Shown one piece after another: positions 50,743 through 62,905 of a stretch of DNA of 64,000 bases (its first letter is position 1; the number at the start of each line of letters is the position of its first letter). A program made the translations under genes and the position numbers. Source of the stretch: Octopus sinensis (lineage: Eukaryota); the NCBI RefSeq assembly GCF_006345805.1, contig NC_043012.1:36332001-36396000 (forward strand), read 5' to 3'. The notes below the pieces were generated by a model. That model was not told the origin of the DNA and did not search any database. It saw only the letters and a list, made by a program, of their open reading frames with translations.

Positions 50743-50960
50743 ATATAGTGATTTTTGAAGTTGCCTTCACATAACTCGTTGTAACTCTTCTTTTGGTTAT
50801 CATCTGGTGTTGCTGTAACTTTTGCCTCATACTTGATGGATTTAATCATGCACCCCTGGTCAAGTGGACAGGTTCCTGGGTCTTGACTGTTACAACTGGG
50901 GCAGCTCTCTTGTGTCATGGCATATTCATGCCTTTCACAAATCATGGCTTCTTCCTCCTC
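50740..50960 (-). mobile_element. Penelope-like element remnant (Cys motif + GIY-YIG endonuclease fragment)
   Basis: SCPSCNSQDPGTCPLDQGCMIKSIKYEAKVT...SYNELCEGNFKNHY resembles the C-x-C...CPL-x-G-x-C...Y-x-A...YIG-x-x-E-x-x-FK-x-RY signature of Penelope-like ORF ends. Confidence 0.7.
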
Positions 50961-51951
50961 CATTTATTTCTCTCGCAACATCACCCAGGTCTGCACGTTC
51001 AATTTCTTCTGGGGCAGCAGTTTTAAAGTGACGAAGATGTTTTGACACAAATTAAATTTCAATGTTGAAGTGAATCTAATGGCTCTTTGTGTGTGTTTAA
51101 ATGGCTTATAAACACCTTCCATGCTGCAATTGTTTATACATACATATATGTGCGTGTATGCATGATGTATGATACATAGGTAGCTATTATAGATATATAT
51201 ATGTATGTATGCTTGTGTGAAGGCATGTGGCCTGGTGGTTAGGGTGTTGCACACATGATCTAATGATCAAGGGTTTGATTTCCTGACCGGGCAGCGCATT
51301 GTGTTCTTGAGCAAAACCCTTCATTCCATATAGCTCTACTCCACCCAGATAAATGGGTCACTCTGCAACAGAATAGTATTCAGATCAAGGAGGAATGTTG
51401 GCCTACCCACCTAGCCAGCAGAGTGGCATCATTTGGAAGCTAAAACAACGTAAAGCACATTGTGACCAGTGATGTATAACATCTGATAGTTGGATTGATC
51501 ATATGATATATATATATATATATATAATATATATATATATAAATACTCACACATACACAAACACACATATCCATATATATATATATATATGTGTGTGTGC
51601 ATTAAGGCACATGGCTCAGTGGTTAGCGTGTCAACCTTATGATCATGAGATTGTGAGTTCGATTCCTGGACCAGGCTGTGTTGTGTTCTTGAGCTTGCTC
51701 ATTCCAGTTCACTCAGCTGTAGAAATGACTTGTGACGTCACTGGTGCCAAGCTGTATCGGCCCCTTTGCCTTTCCCTTGGATAACACCAGTGGCATGGAG
51801 AGGAGAGGCTGGTATGCATGGACCATTGCTGATCTTCCATAAAAACAACCCTAGACTGTGCGCTTGCCGGTGAGGTGACTTTCTGCCCAGATTTGTACCC
51901 CGGAGGGGAACCTCTTTGGTGCACCCATAGTCATTCCTGACCAACAGAGTC

Positions 51952-51991
<40 letters not shown>

Positions 51992-52203
51992 AAATAAAAT
52001 GTTTGATAGACAGAGTTTAGACATTGACGTACACCCTAAAAGGGTTAGTCCATATCATAAGAAAGTCGGTCTATGCTCCAGTAATCTCTTCTTCTGTGCA
52101 GTCTAAAACAGTCTGAGAGCTGAAGACTGATAACAGGGGGAGGTTCAAGAGTGGACAATACAAGGACAGAAGGCCAAGAATGGTCACAAATATATCGACT
52201 TAC

Positions 52204-52253
52204 CTTTTCTTTAGAAGAATTACACAAAGAATTAAATTAGCCATCAAGGAACC
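52204..52253 (-). CDS. SLC35B4: SLC35B4 exon 4 (GSLMANLILCVILLKKR)
   Basis: caacag acceptor and gtaagt donor; 50 nt; matches recalled GSLIANMILGIIILKKR. Confidence 0.92.
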
Positions 52254-53332
52254 CTGTTGGAAGAACAAGAGGAATATGTTAGTTGACACAGGTTTATCTG
52301 TTTCGATACAACTAAACAACCACTTTTAATACTAATGTAGTCCTAGATATACTATGTATTACTGCAAAGGGGGACAGTCATGGTTGGAACATCTTTGATC
52401 ACAGGTGTCACCTAGGGTTAAACAGCAACAGCAGCCACTAATACTGGCCAGCAATTCTGGGAGAGGGAGCATGTCGATTACATCAACTCCAGTATTCAAC
52501 TGGTACTTATTTTTTATCGAACCCCAAAAGGATAAAAGGTAAAACTGGCTCCAATGGAATTTGAACTTAGAATGTAAAGATGGATAAAATGTCGCTAAGC
52601 CTTTTGCCCAGCACCATAAGGATTCTATCAGCTTGCTGCCTAACTCTATTCTTTTACTGCAGCCATGCTGGAGCACCACTCTTAGTTGAGCAGATCGACC
52701 CCATGATTTATTATTTGTAAGCCTAGTACTTATCCTAGTGGTCTCTTTTGCCGAACCACTAAGTTATGGGGATATAAACACACCAGCATCAGTTGTCAAG
52801 CGATAGTGGGGGGGGACAAACATATACACACACACACATATATATGCACGATGGGCTTCTTTCAATCTCCATCTACCAAATCCACTCACAAAGCTTTTGT
52901 CAGCTTGAGGTTATAGCCGAAGACACTTGCCAAGGTGCCACGCAGTGGGACTGAACCTGGAACCATGTGGTTGGGAAGCAAGCTTCTTACCACACAGCCC
53001 CTCCTGCACCTATATACTATGATCTCTAATATTAACTACTGTTCTTAAAGGTGGTGAACTGGCAGAATCGTTAGAACGCTAGGCAGAATGCTGAGCAGAA
53101 TTGAATCTGTCTGCATGTTCTGGGTTCAAATTCTGCTGAGGTCAACCTTGCCTTTCATTCTTTCGTGAGTTGATAAACTAAGTACCAGTTAAACACTGGG
53201 GTCGGTGTAATTGACTAGCACCCTCCCCCAAAATTCCTGGCCTTGTGCCAAAATTTGAAACCAGTATTAATTACTATTCTGTACATTTGATAATGTAGTC
53301 CTTGATACACAGTGTTTTAATTTAAAAAATGC

Positions 53333-53510
53333 TTCTATATTTAAGAGATGAGGAATTATGTACATTATTTACATTATTCACATTTGACAGATATTTGTCC
53401 TCATCTTGTTTGTTGTTAACACAATGTTTTAGTTGATATACCTTCCAGCCTTTATCAGGTGTCTTCAGGAAATTTTGAACCTGGGTTCTCATTCCTAAGG
53501 TATTTTTCGA
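53333..53510 (-). mobile_element. Headless third copy of the hammerhead-tail element
   Basis: Collinear with 35068-35226; core decayed to CUGAUAA...CAACU-AAAA-CAUU-GUGUU. Confidence 0.8.
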
Positions 53511-53772
53511 TGTTGTTGTTGTTATTATCATTGTGGAGAAGAAGAAGAAGAAGAAGATGAAGAAGAAGAAGACGAAGAATGGTAGTTGGCTGTGAAAATT
53601 TTGCCTCAACACTTCATACACACCTACACACACGCACGCGTTTATATACATATGCAAATTACACACACACACATATATATTTACAGACATATTTATTACA
53701 CACATAAATAGATACACACAAAGATGTATATATTATACATACAGCAAATGCACACATCAATCTTCACATAAA

Positions 53773-53829
<57 letters not shown>

Positions 53830-56502
53830 GATCTACATACACACAGCTACAATCAGCAACACACACGCACACACATTCATTCCATGTTTGTAAGCATTTA
53901 TAGCTGTGTGCAACATAGTTGCAGATGCACATTTGAATGGGGTCATATCAGACTGCAGTTGGAAAGGGGCACCAGCTGATTTGTATGTGGATGTATATAA
54001 ATACTATACACATATGTAAATGCTTGTGTGAGTATATGCACGTAGTAGTTAGTGCATGCATGCGTGTGTGTGTGTGTGTGTGCGTGCGTGCGTAGCACAG
54101 AGAAAGAATGAGAGGGACAAAGAGGGAGACAGTCAGACAGACAGGCATACAGGGAAAGAGGGGGAGGAGGGGGAGGAGGAGGGGGGAGGAAGACGTTTGT
54201 AGTCAGCTTAACAAACCCGCCACTCCACTTACCCTGGGGTATCACAGCTATGAGTCAGTTTGTGTGGGTGAGAGGGGGCAGAGAAAAAATTAGAAAAAAA
54301 CGAGTAAGTGAATGTGAGTCCTTTCACTGGGGTCTTCACATCGACCCCGCCCCACCTCCCACTGCACCTAATCCCCTAATCGGGTTCAACCCCTCCATTC
54401 CTTGCAGCTGTTATTAAAGACATCTAAATGATGATGATGATGATGAAATATTTTCCATGGACATAATTCATATCACATCGGTAATAATGACAAGAGGTTG
54501 CGTAAAATCCCCTTTTGTAGGGTGTTAGCTGTGGAATGGCTACTACTACCATATAACTACTACTGCTGCTACTACTACAACTATTATTATTACTACTACT
54601 ATGTTAACCCTATCATTAGAGCTGGTATTTCTTCTGGCCCTTTATGTTCCTAGTTCAAATCTTGCCACCGAGGTCAACTTTCCCTTTCATCTTCCATCGC
54701 GGGGTTCATAAAATGAAATACCACTGAAGCAGTGGGGTCGATGTAATTGACTAACTCCTTCCTTTGAGAAATTGCTGGCCTTGAACCTTAATTAAAAACA
54801 ATTACTGCCATGACTGTAACTATTATAACTACAGGCCACAGATGCTCAGAGCACCGAATAACAGCAGCTGTTGCAACTGCTATGACTTACGACTGTTAAC
54901 CCTATCACTACTACATCTACTTCTACTACTACAACTATTAAAACTGAAAACCCCCAGATGTTAGTAGCACTGAATAATAGCTGCTACTGCTGCTGCTACC
55001 ACCACCACCACTACTACTACTACTACTAGATGTCTGTTAACAGCTCCACAGCCTACAGCAGCTGGTGGTATTACTGTGTGATAGTTACCAGTAATACTAC
55101 CACCACCACCATCACCATCACCACTATCACCCCTATCACATGTCAGTCTACAGCTGTCGGTGGTACTGAACTGTGTAATAGTTTACCAATAAAGAAGGTG
55201 TGGGCTCCGAAAACCACATGATAGGCTACACATTTAAGAGAGTGGTAATACCCCCATCCACCCACCACCTCCCAAATACAAACTAATACAGGCAAAAGGG
55301 ACTCTGTTGCCCCCCCCCCACCTCCACATTGGACAAACATCTCTTGTAGTAGTAGAATGATAAAATTCATCCAGTACAATCCATTGAGTGGTTGTCAATA
55401 GGAGGGGCATCAAGTCATACACAACTATGTCAAAAAAAAATGGAATACAGAGTCGTGGGGCAGCAACTTTGAATACAGAACAGAATTGATATCAAACTTT
55501 GATCTGGTATAGAACAGAGAGAACTCTTTAGATCTCCTGCATGATTTAGCATTACCATCTAGAGCTAAGTCCTTGGGGACCTTTAGTGGCATCCAGTTAA
55601 GTCAGGCTCTTAGTCTAAAGATACCTTTCTCCTTCTTTCCAACCAGTCTCAGAGACTTTGGAAAGGGGTCATGGATGTTGTCCACCCATCTGACAAAATG
55701 ACAAGAAAAAAAACTGTAGTGCCAGGGAATGATAAAAGGCCCCCTGACCACTCTGTAAGACAAACAGGACATCAAAACTGACTGGGTTGTTTTTTCTCTT
55801 GTTTTTGTGCTAGATGAAAAAGACCATAATAAGTACCAAGCCACTGTGAAACCTGTCCAACCCATACCAGCAAGGAAAAGCAGATAGAAAACAGTAGTGA
55901 TAATGATGACTACATATATATAATGCTGATTTCTCACAAAGACACACAACAACAGATATCAAAGGGAACAGTAAATCAACCCCCTTTGGCACCTGACAGC
56001 TATTTTATTTTATTGACTAAACACTAGGTTGACCTCACCAGGATTTGAACTCAGAATGTTATTAAATACAGCAAGACATTTTGATCAATGCAGTGATGAT
56101 TCTACCCATACACCACCCTGGTTTTATTCTTTTATGCATTTCAGCCCAATGGCTGTGGCCATGCTGGGGCAAGAATAAACTATATATGCCTGACTCTCCA
56201 TCTGTTACAGTGATGAGTGTCCCAGTTGATCCAATCAACGGAACAGCCTGCTCATGTAATTAACGTGCAAACAGCTGAGCACTCCACAGACATGCATAAC
56301 CCTTGACACAGTTCCCATGGAGATTTAGCATGACACAGAATGTCACAAAGCTGGCCCCTTTGAAATAGGGGTACTTACTCATTTTTACCAGTTGAATGGA
56401 CCGGAGTAATGTGAAATAATGTGTCTTGCTCAGGACCACAAGATGTCACCAGGAATAGATCTCATGACCTTATGATCACGAGTCAAATACCTTACTCATT
56501 AA

Positions 56503-56722
56503 CCTTTTCGTTACCAACCTGGCTGAAACCGGCTCTGGCTCTGTGGTAAAATGTCTTGTTTTCATAAGTTTTGAATTCAAAATTTCCACCAAATCTTAGT
56601 CACAATTTATGTTCCTAACACTAGCTCAATGATAACTCAGTTATTTTACTAAATTCTTTCTTATATTTAAAATAATTGGAAGAAACATTGAGAATCTCAA
56701 AATAAATACAGTAACGAAAGGG
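56503..56722. mobile_element. piggyBac-like MITE, second family (TTAA-flanked)
   Basis: ttaa|ccttttcgttac...gtaacgaaaggg|ttaa; truncated relative at about 36060-36240. Confidence 0.72.
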
Positions 56723-57000
56723 TTAAACCACATGCTTCCTGATTATATACAATTATTACATACAATTAACAATGGACCCTGGTAGCAACAAGTCAAAGGA
56801 TGGATGGCCAAGGAGACAGGAATATAAACGAGATGTGAAATAACGTTTATTGTAAAAGATTTTGTTGTTCAGTAAGCAGGTCTTGGTTGTTTGGGTCAAA
56901 TTGAACATTTAAAAAAAACAGAAAGGTGCAAGCATGGTTGTGTTAGAAAATTACTATTTTTTGATTTCACAACATGAGATATTCAGCAACAGTACTTTGG

Positions 57001-57229
57001 AGTAAAGATTGTTTGCCAACATAACATGGCAGTCCTGGTTTACGACTAATGTTGCTGTAATTTAGTCCCAAGAGATGTCGTCTCCAGCTGGCTATACAAC
57101 ATGATAGAAAATATAAGGACACAGATCATGTTGTATAGCCAGCTGGAGATGATGTCTCTTGGGACTAAATTACAGCAACATTCGTCCTAAACCAGGACTG
57201 CCATGTTATGTTGGCAAACAATCTTTACT
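57001..57229. repeat. Foldback element: 105-bp inverted arms, 19-bp spacer
   Basis: agtaaagattgtttgcc...caacatgat (57001-57105) versus atcatgttg...caatctttact (57125-57229), with only a handful of mismatches. Confidence 0.92.
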
Positions 57230-58152
57230 AAATGGTTGTGTTGTTAAGAAGTATGTCTTTGCAGTGTTGTGGTTTCAAGTTCACTCCTACTATACAGCAC
57301 TTTAGACCGGTGCTTCTACCATAGCCTCAGGTTGACCAAAATCTTGGTGACTGATATCTGGAGGACAGAAACTGTGTGGAAGCCTACTATGATGGAATAA
57401 CCATTCTTGTTCTTGGATGGTAGACTTAACCCTTTGGTTACCATATTTTCGTTGAAGTACACAGCCTTTGTTTTAATTAGTTTTGAAATTAATGAAAAAT
57501 TAAGTAAAACATGTCATTAGTAAGCTCATGTTTGAAAGATAAATTAACGTGAAATTTTAATGAGAAATTTAAAATTAGATCACTTTAAAACAGGAACTTT
57601 GTACCATAGACCCAGGGTGAGTCTCAAGCAGGTATCAAAAGGATTAATCCTTTAAGCCAGTTTAACACCAACATTTAGCCCAGTTCTCAACAAGGGTTCA
57701 TATGACCTTTGGGAGTCCATAAAAGATTTTGCTTTAAAAAATTTATGTCCAATAAACTGGTTATGTTTCTATAATGTGCAAAATATTTTAACAATTTTTT
57801 AAATACGATTCTTAATAATATTCATTTATAAAACTCTAAAAGGATTTTTTTTAAACATCAAGTGACTATAAGGGTTCTCCTGAGTAAAACAGGAATCAAA
57901 TGGTTCCATAGGGAAAAAATGGTTGGGAACCACAGATTTAGCCTTTGAGTGTCTTTAGTAAGGTTTTTTTTTTTTTTTTACCAGAACTTGGGTCAAGACT
58001 CCAGTCTGAGAATAATGTTTTCCTTTTGTCCTTCCAATCTCACAAATCCTGCAAAATGTTAAGGGTGTTGACTTGATCTTTTCAAATTAAATCATGTAAA
58101 GATAACAAGAAAAGATAAAAAAAAAAGAAATAAACAGAAGAAGGATACTTAC

Positions 58153-58255
58153 AGATCGAAATATCATATGAAGTGGCATTGAAATATGGAAATTTAATGC
58201 TAAATTGTTGATAACTTGGACAGCAAAGAACATGGTTACCATTACTACATAGTTC
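58153..58255 (-). CDS. SLC35B4: SLC35B4 exon 3 (NYVVMVTMFFAVQVINNLALNFHISMPLHMIFRS)
   Basis: Minus-strand ttttaaag acceptor and gtaagt donor; 103 nt; hallmark MPLHMIFRS motif. Confidence 0.93.
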
Positions 58256-61200
58256 CTTTAAAAGAGACAAATGACAAACAGGTTAGTTTCAATCAATATA
58301 TATATGTATGTTTGTGTGTGTGTGTGTGTAATATATATGTCTATATATGGGTGTATGTGTGTGTATATGTATATAATATATCTATGTGTGTGGGTATATA
58401 TATGTATGTCTGCGGTGAAATGCTTAGCGGTATTTCGTCTGTCTTCATGTTCTGAGTTCAAATTCTGCCGAGGTCAACTTTTCGGGGGTCGATAAATTAA
58501 GTACCAGTTGCGTACTGGCGTCGATCCAATCGACTGACCCTCTCCCCCAAAATTTCAGGCCTTGTGCCTAGAGTAGAAAAGAATATGTAAGTTTGTGTGT
58601 TTGTATCAAAAAGTTCTCAGACTAGTTCTGTAGCACGCCAACAGATGGCAGCACACACAGCTGCGTGCGCAGTGAGGGCTAGCAGTGACCTTCATGGGGC
58701 AGTGTGCTGAGTGAGATTGCTGTGTTTACTTCACAAGTTGTGAACTCAGCAAATAATATTGGTCAGTTCAACAAAGACTGACCAAGGCTATACAATAACA
58801 ACAATCAACCCCCCCCCGTATAGCATTGGTCAACTTAGACTGACCAAGCCTACACAACAGTAGCAACAACAATGACAACAACCAACTCCCTACATCCTAC
58901 TGACTGACTCAGCCTATGCAATAACAACACCAGTGTCCAGTGAAGGATCACAAATCAATTAAAACTCTGTTTTATAGATTTGTTCAGAAGCTTAGTTCTT
59001 ATTGATTTCTTGCTGCTGTTAAATCTTGATCACACAAAACTTTAATCAACAGTATTCCAGAATAATCATCTCGTATTTCTTTTCTGTTTTTGTTTTCCCA
59101 GAAATATTATTCCACTGACCTTTTTCTAAGATAGTATGAACGAATTTGAGGGAGATTTAGCTGCTATTTTTAACAAAACCTCTATGCTTCCTGAAATTCA
59201 CCAACAGTACATCAGATGCACCCCAACGTTTTTTTTTTTCCTCACAACTCCTTTGCTGTCCTCTTCCTGTGTATTATTCTATGTCCTGTTCATGCACTTT
59301 TGGCTACCATTTCTGATGAGCTGTGGAGCACCTGAGCACTGTATAGAATAAGTTCATTATAATCACTAGCGAACTAGTGTGCACTGCCCGGTGGACTCCA
59401 CAAAAGTCACATATACCCTACAGTAGACCCAAAAGTGCCATCCGGGGTGGACCCCCCACTCTCCCAACTACACTAGTGATTATAATAATATGGTATAAGT
59501 ACAAGAAACCATTTTTGAGAAGCAAGCTGCATGAGATCTGGTTTATTATCAGGTGGGTCACTCTACAAAAAGAACTGAAGGCGATCTTTTGTTAGGCATA
59601 CCATTCAGAGAGTCCCATGGGTTGCAGTTTGACCATGATTGATATAGGGGTTCCATGATTGTCTTTGGTGGTGACCAAAACAGCATTGACTTCAGATCTT
59701 CCCATAGTCAACACTATTTGTGATAAGCCAAGTACCTGTAATACACTGGAGGATATACTCAATCCACTGATGAATAATAGATAATCTAGAAATATCAGCT
59801 TTGTGTTTGAAAAAACAGATCAATAATGATTGATGTAAAACTGAGTATGTATATACATGTTTGGACCTAGTGTGTGTGTGTGTGTATGTGTGTGTGAGAG
59901 TGTGTAAATGTGAGTGTGCGTGGATGTATAAATGCATGTGTTTGTGGGGCCATGTGTGTGTGTATTTGAGGATGGAGCATGTGGGAACATGTGCATGTGA
60001 ACATGTGATTGCAAGTGTCTGAATTCAAAAATATGAATGCATGGAGGTGAATGTATGTGTTTAAATGCTTGTGTGTGAATGCATGTGTGAATATGAATGT
60101 AGCGTGTGCCTTAGTGATGCATGTGTGTCCATGGCTACATGAGTGTATATATGAATGCTGTGAATATATATATATGTGTGTATGTAGCAAATGTCAGAAG
60201 CATATGTGTGTGTGTGTGTGTGTAGGTGGGGAGCTGGGAGAACCATTAGCATGCCAAGCAAGATGCTTAGTGGCATGTCGCCTCTCTTGACGTTCTGAGT
60301 TCAAATTCCACCAAGGTTGACTTTGCCTTTCATCCTTTCGGGGTTGATAAAACAAGTACCAGGTGAATGTAATTGACATTCCCCTCCCTGGATTTGGTGG
60401 CCTTGTGCCAAAATTTGAAACCAATGTGTGTGTTTGTGTATGTGTCTATGCACATATAATATTGATGATTGTGGGTCTGTGATATGTTTGTATGGCTAAC
60501 TGTAGATCTGTGGGAAAGGGTATGGATGAATGGACATCAGTGTAGGCTTGTATGTAGCATATATATATATATAAAGTGAATGTAGGCAGGACCATCTCAG
60601 AAACCCTGTAGGCCTAGGGCAAATCAGTGTACTGAGCCCTAAAGAATTTATTGACAGCAAGCACAAACATACATAGATCAGAATTGGGTCCCTAGACTGA
60701 TGAGGCCTCCAAGGAAGTCAATGTACTGGGCCCCAGAGTATTTATTGATGGCAAGCCACAGCATACATAGATGGGAATTGGGTCCCTAGACCAGTGAAAA
60801 CCCATGCAACTGTCCAAGTACTGGGTGCAGGTTTGTATATAGTGTCTATAGATATACTCTTTTACTTGTTTCAGTCATTTGACTGTGGCCATGCTGGAGC
60901 ACTGCCTTTAATCGAGCAACTCAACCCCGGGACTTATTCTTTGTAAGCCCAGTACTTATTCTATCAGTCTCTTTTGCTGAACTGCTAAGTGACGGGGACA
61001 TAAACACACCAGCATTGGTTGTGAAGCAATGCTAGGGGGACAAACACAAATATACACGCACACATATATATACATATATACAATGGGCTTCTTTCAGTTT
61101 CCATCTACCATATCCACTCACAAGGCTTTGGTCGGCCCGAGGCTATAGTAGAAGACACTTGCCCAAGGTGGCACGCAGTGGGACTGAACCCGGAACCATG

Positions 61201-62354
61201 TGGTTGGTAAACAAACTACTTACCACACAGCCACTCCTGCGCCCTAAAGATATGTGTATTTGTGGTGTGCATATATATCTATATATTCTTTTATTTGTTT
61301 CACTCATTTTGACTGTGGCCATGCTGGAACACCGCCTTTAGTCAGACAAACCGACCTCCAGGACTTATTCTTTATAAGCCTAGTACTTATTCTATCAGTA
61401 TCTTTTGCTGAACTGCTAAGTTACAGGGACGTAAACACACCAACATCAGTTGTCAAGCAATGGTGGAGGGACAAACATAGACACACAAGATATACAAATA
61501 TATATATATTATATATATATATATACGACAGGCTTCTTTCAGTTTCCATCTACCAAATCCAGACAAAGCTTTGGTCAGCCTGAGGCTATAGAAGACACTT
61601 GCCAAGGTGCTATGTAATGGGACTGAACCTGGAACCATGTGGTTGGTCAGCAAGCTACTTTGTGTGTGTATGTGTGTGTGTGTGTGTATGTACATATGAT
61701 GATCAGTCAATATCTGTGTAAGAATGTGTTAGTATAACAGTGTGTGTAATCTGTCAATATCTCTCTCTCGCATATATATATAAAATTTTTGCGTAAAAAA
61801 TGATAAAAAAATGTACATGTGTGTATGTGTGTGTGTGAGTGTTTTTATATGTATATGTGTATGTGTATGTATATATAAACATATCTATAGATGTGTGTAT
61901 TAATATGTGTGGGTGAATATGTGTGTGGGAATATGTGTGAGTGTGTGTGTGTGTGTGTCTGTGTGTGTGTGTGAGTGAGTGTGTGTGTGTGTGTGGATCG
62001 TACATATAGTTATTCAATTCATAAAAGGTGAGTTCATGTAAGAAATTGAAAAGAAAGTCAGGGGCCCCTACCACCAGCCCCACCAGGGCCACTACTCTCT
62101 CTCCCACCTCCTCTTATCAGTTTGGACTGATATTGTGAATTGGTGGTGGTGGTGGCGGTGGTGGTGATGATGATTTTGCTCATCATCATCAGTTGCTATG
62201 ACTACAAGCTGTAGTAACCACAGATGTAGGTAGGAGATGATGCTGTTTCATTCCAGATTCACTAACAGATAGCCTATTTTATTATATCTCTTATTTAGTC
62301 TAAGACATAGATTGGAGGGGAGGAGGAGGGAGGAGGAGGCCGAGATCAGTGGAG

Positions 62355-62852
62355 GACGGCAAGATATGTGTGTGTGTGCGTGGGTGCATGTATATGTGTG
62401 TGTGTGTGTGTGTATGTATATATGTGTGTGTGTATTATATATATGTATGTGTATATGTATATATGTGTGTGTATGTATATATATGTGTGTGTGTATATGT
62501 ATATATGTGTGTGTATTATATATGTGTATATGTATATATATATGTGTGTGCGTGTATGTATGTATGTATGTGTGTGTATATATGTGTGTGTGTATATATG
62601 TATGTGTGTATATATGTGTGTATATATATGTGTGTGTATATATATGTGTGTATATATATGTGTGTGTATATATATATGTGTGTGTATATGTGTGTGTGTA
62701 TATATGTGTGTGTGTGTGTATATATATGTGTGTATATATATGTATGTGTGTGTATATATATGTGTGTATGTATATGTGTGTATATATATATTGTATAAAC
62801 ATATAGGTATATATATGTGTGTGTGTGTATATGTGTGTATGTATGTGTGTGA

Positions 62853-62903
<51 letters not shown>

Positions 62904-62905
62904 CA
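62355..62905. repeat. About 550-bp compound (TG/TA)n microsatellite
   Basis: Direct inspection; source of the long spurious ORFs in all frames. Confidence 0.95.

Noticed and set aside
57030-57060. GUCC...GGAC-GAAU in the foldback arm, resembling hammerhead stem II or an HDV J4/2 strand
   Set aside because: No upstream CUGANGA, and I could not build the HDV P1/P1.1/P3 pseudoknot.
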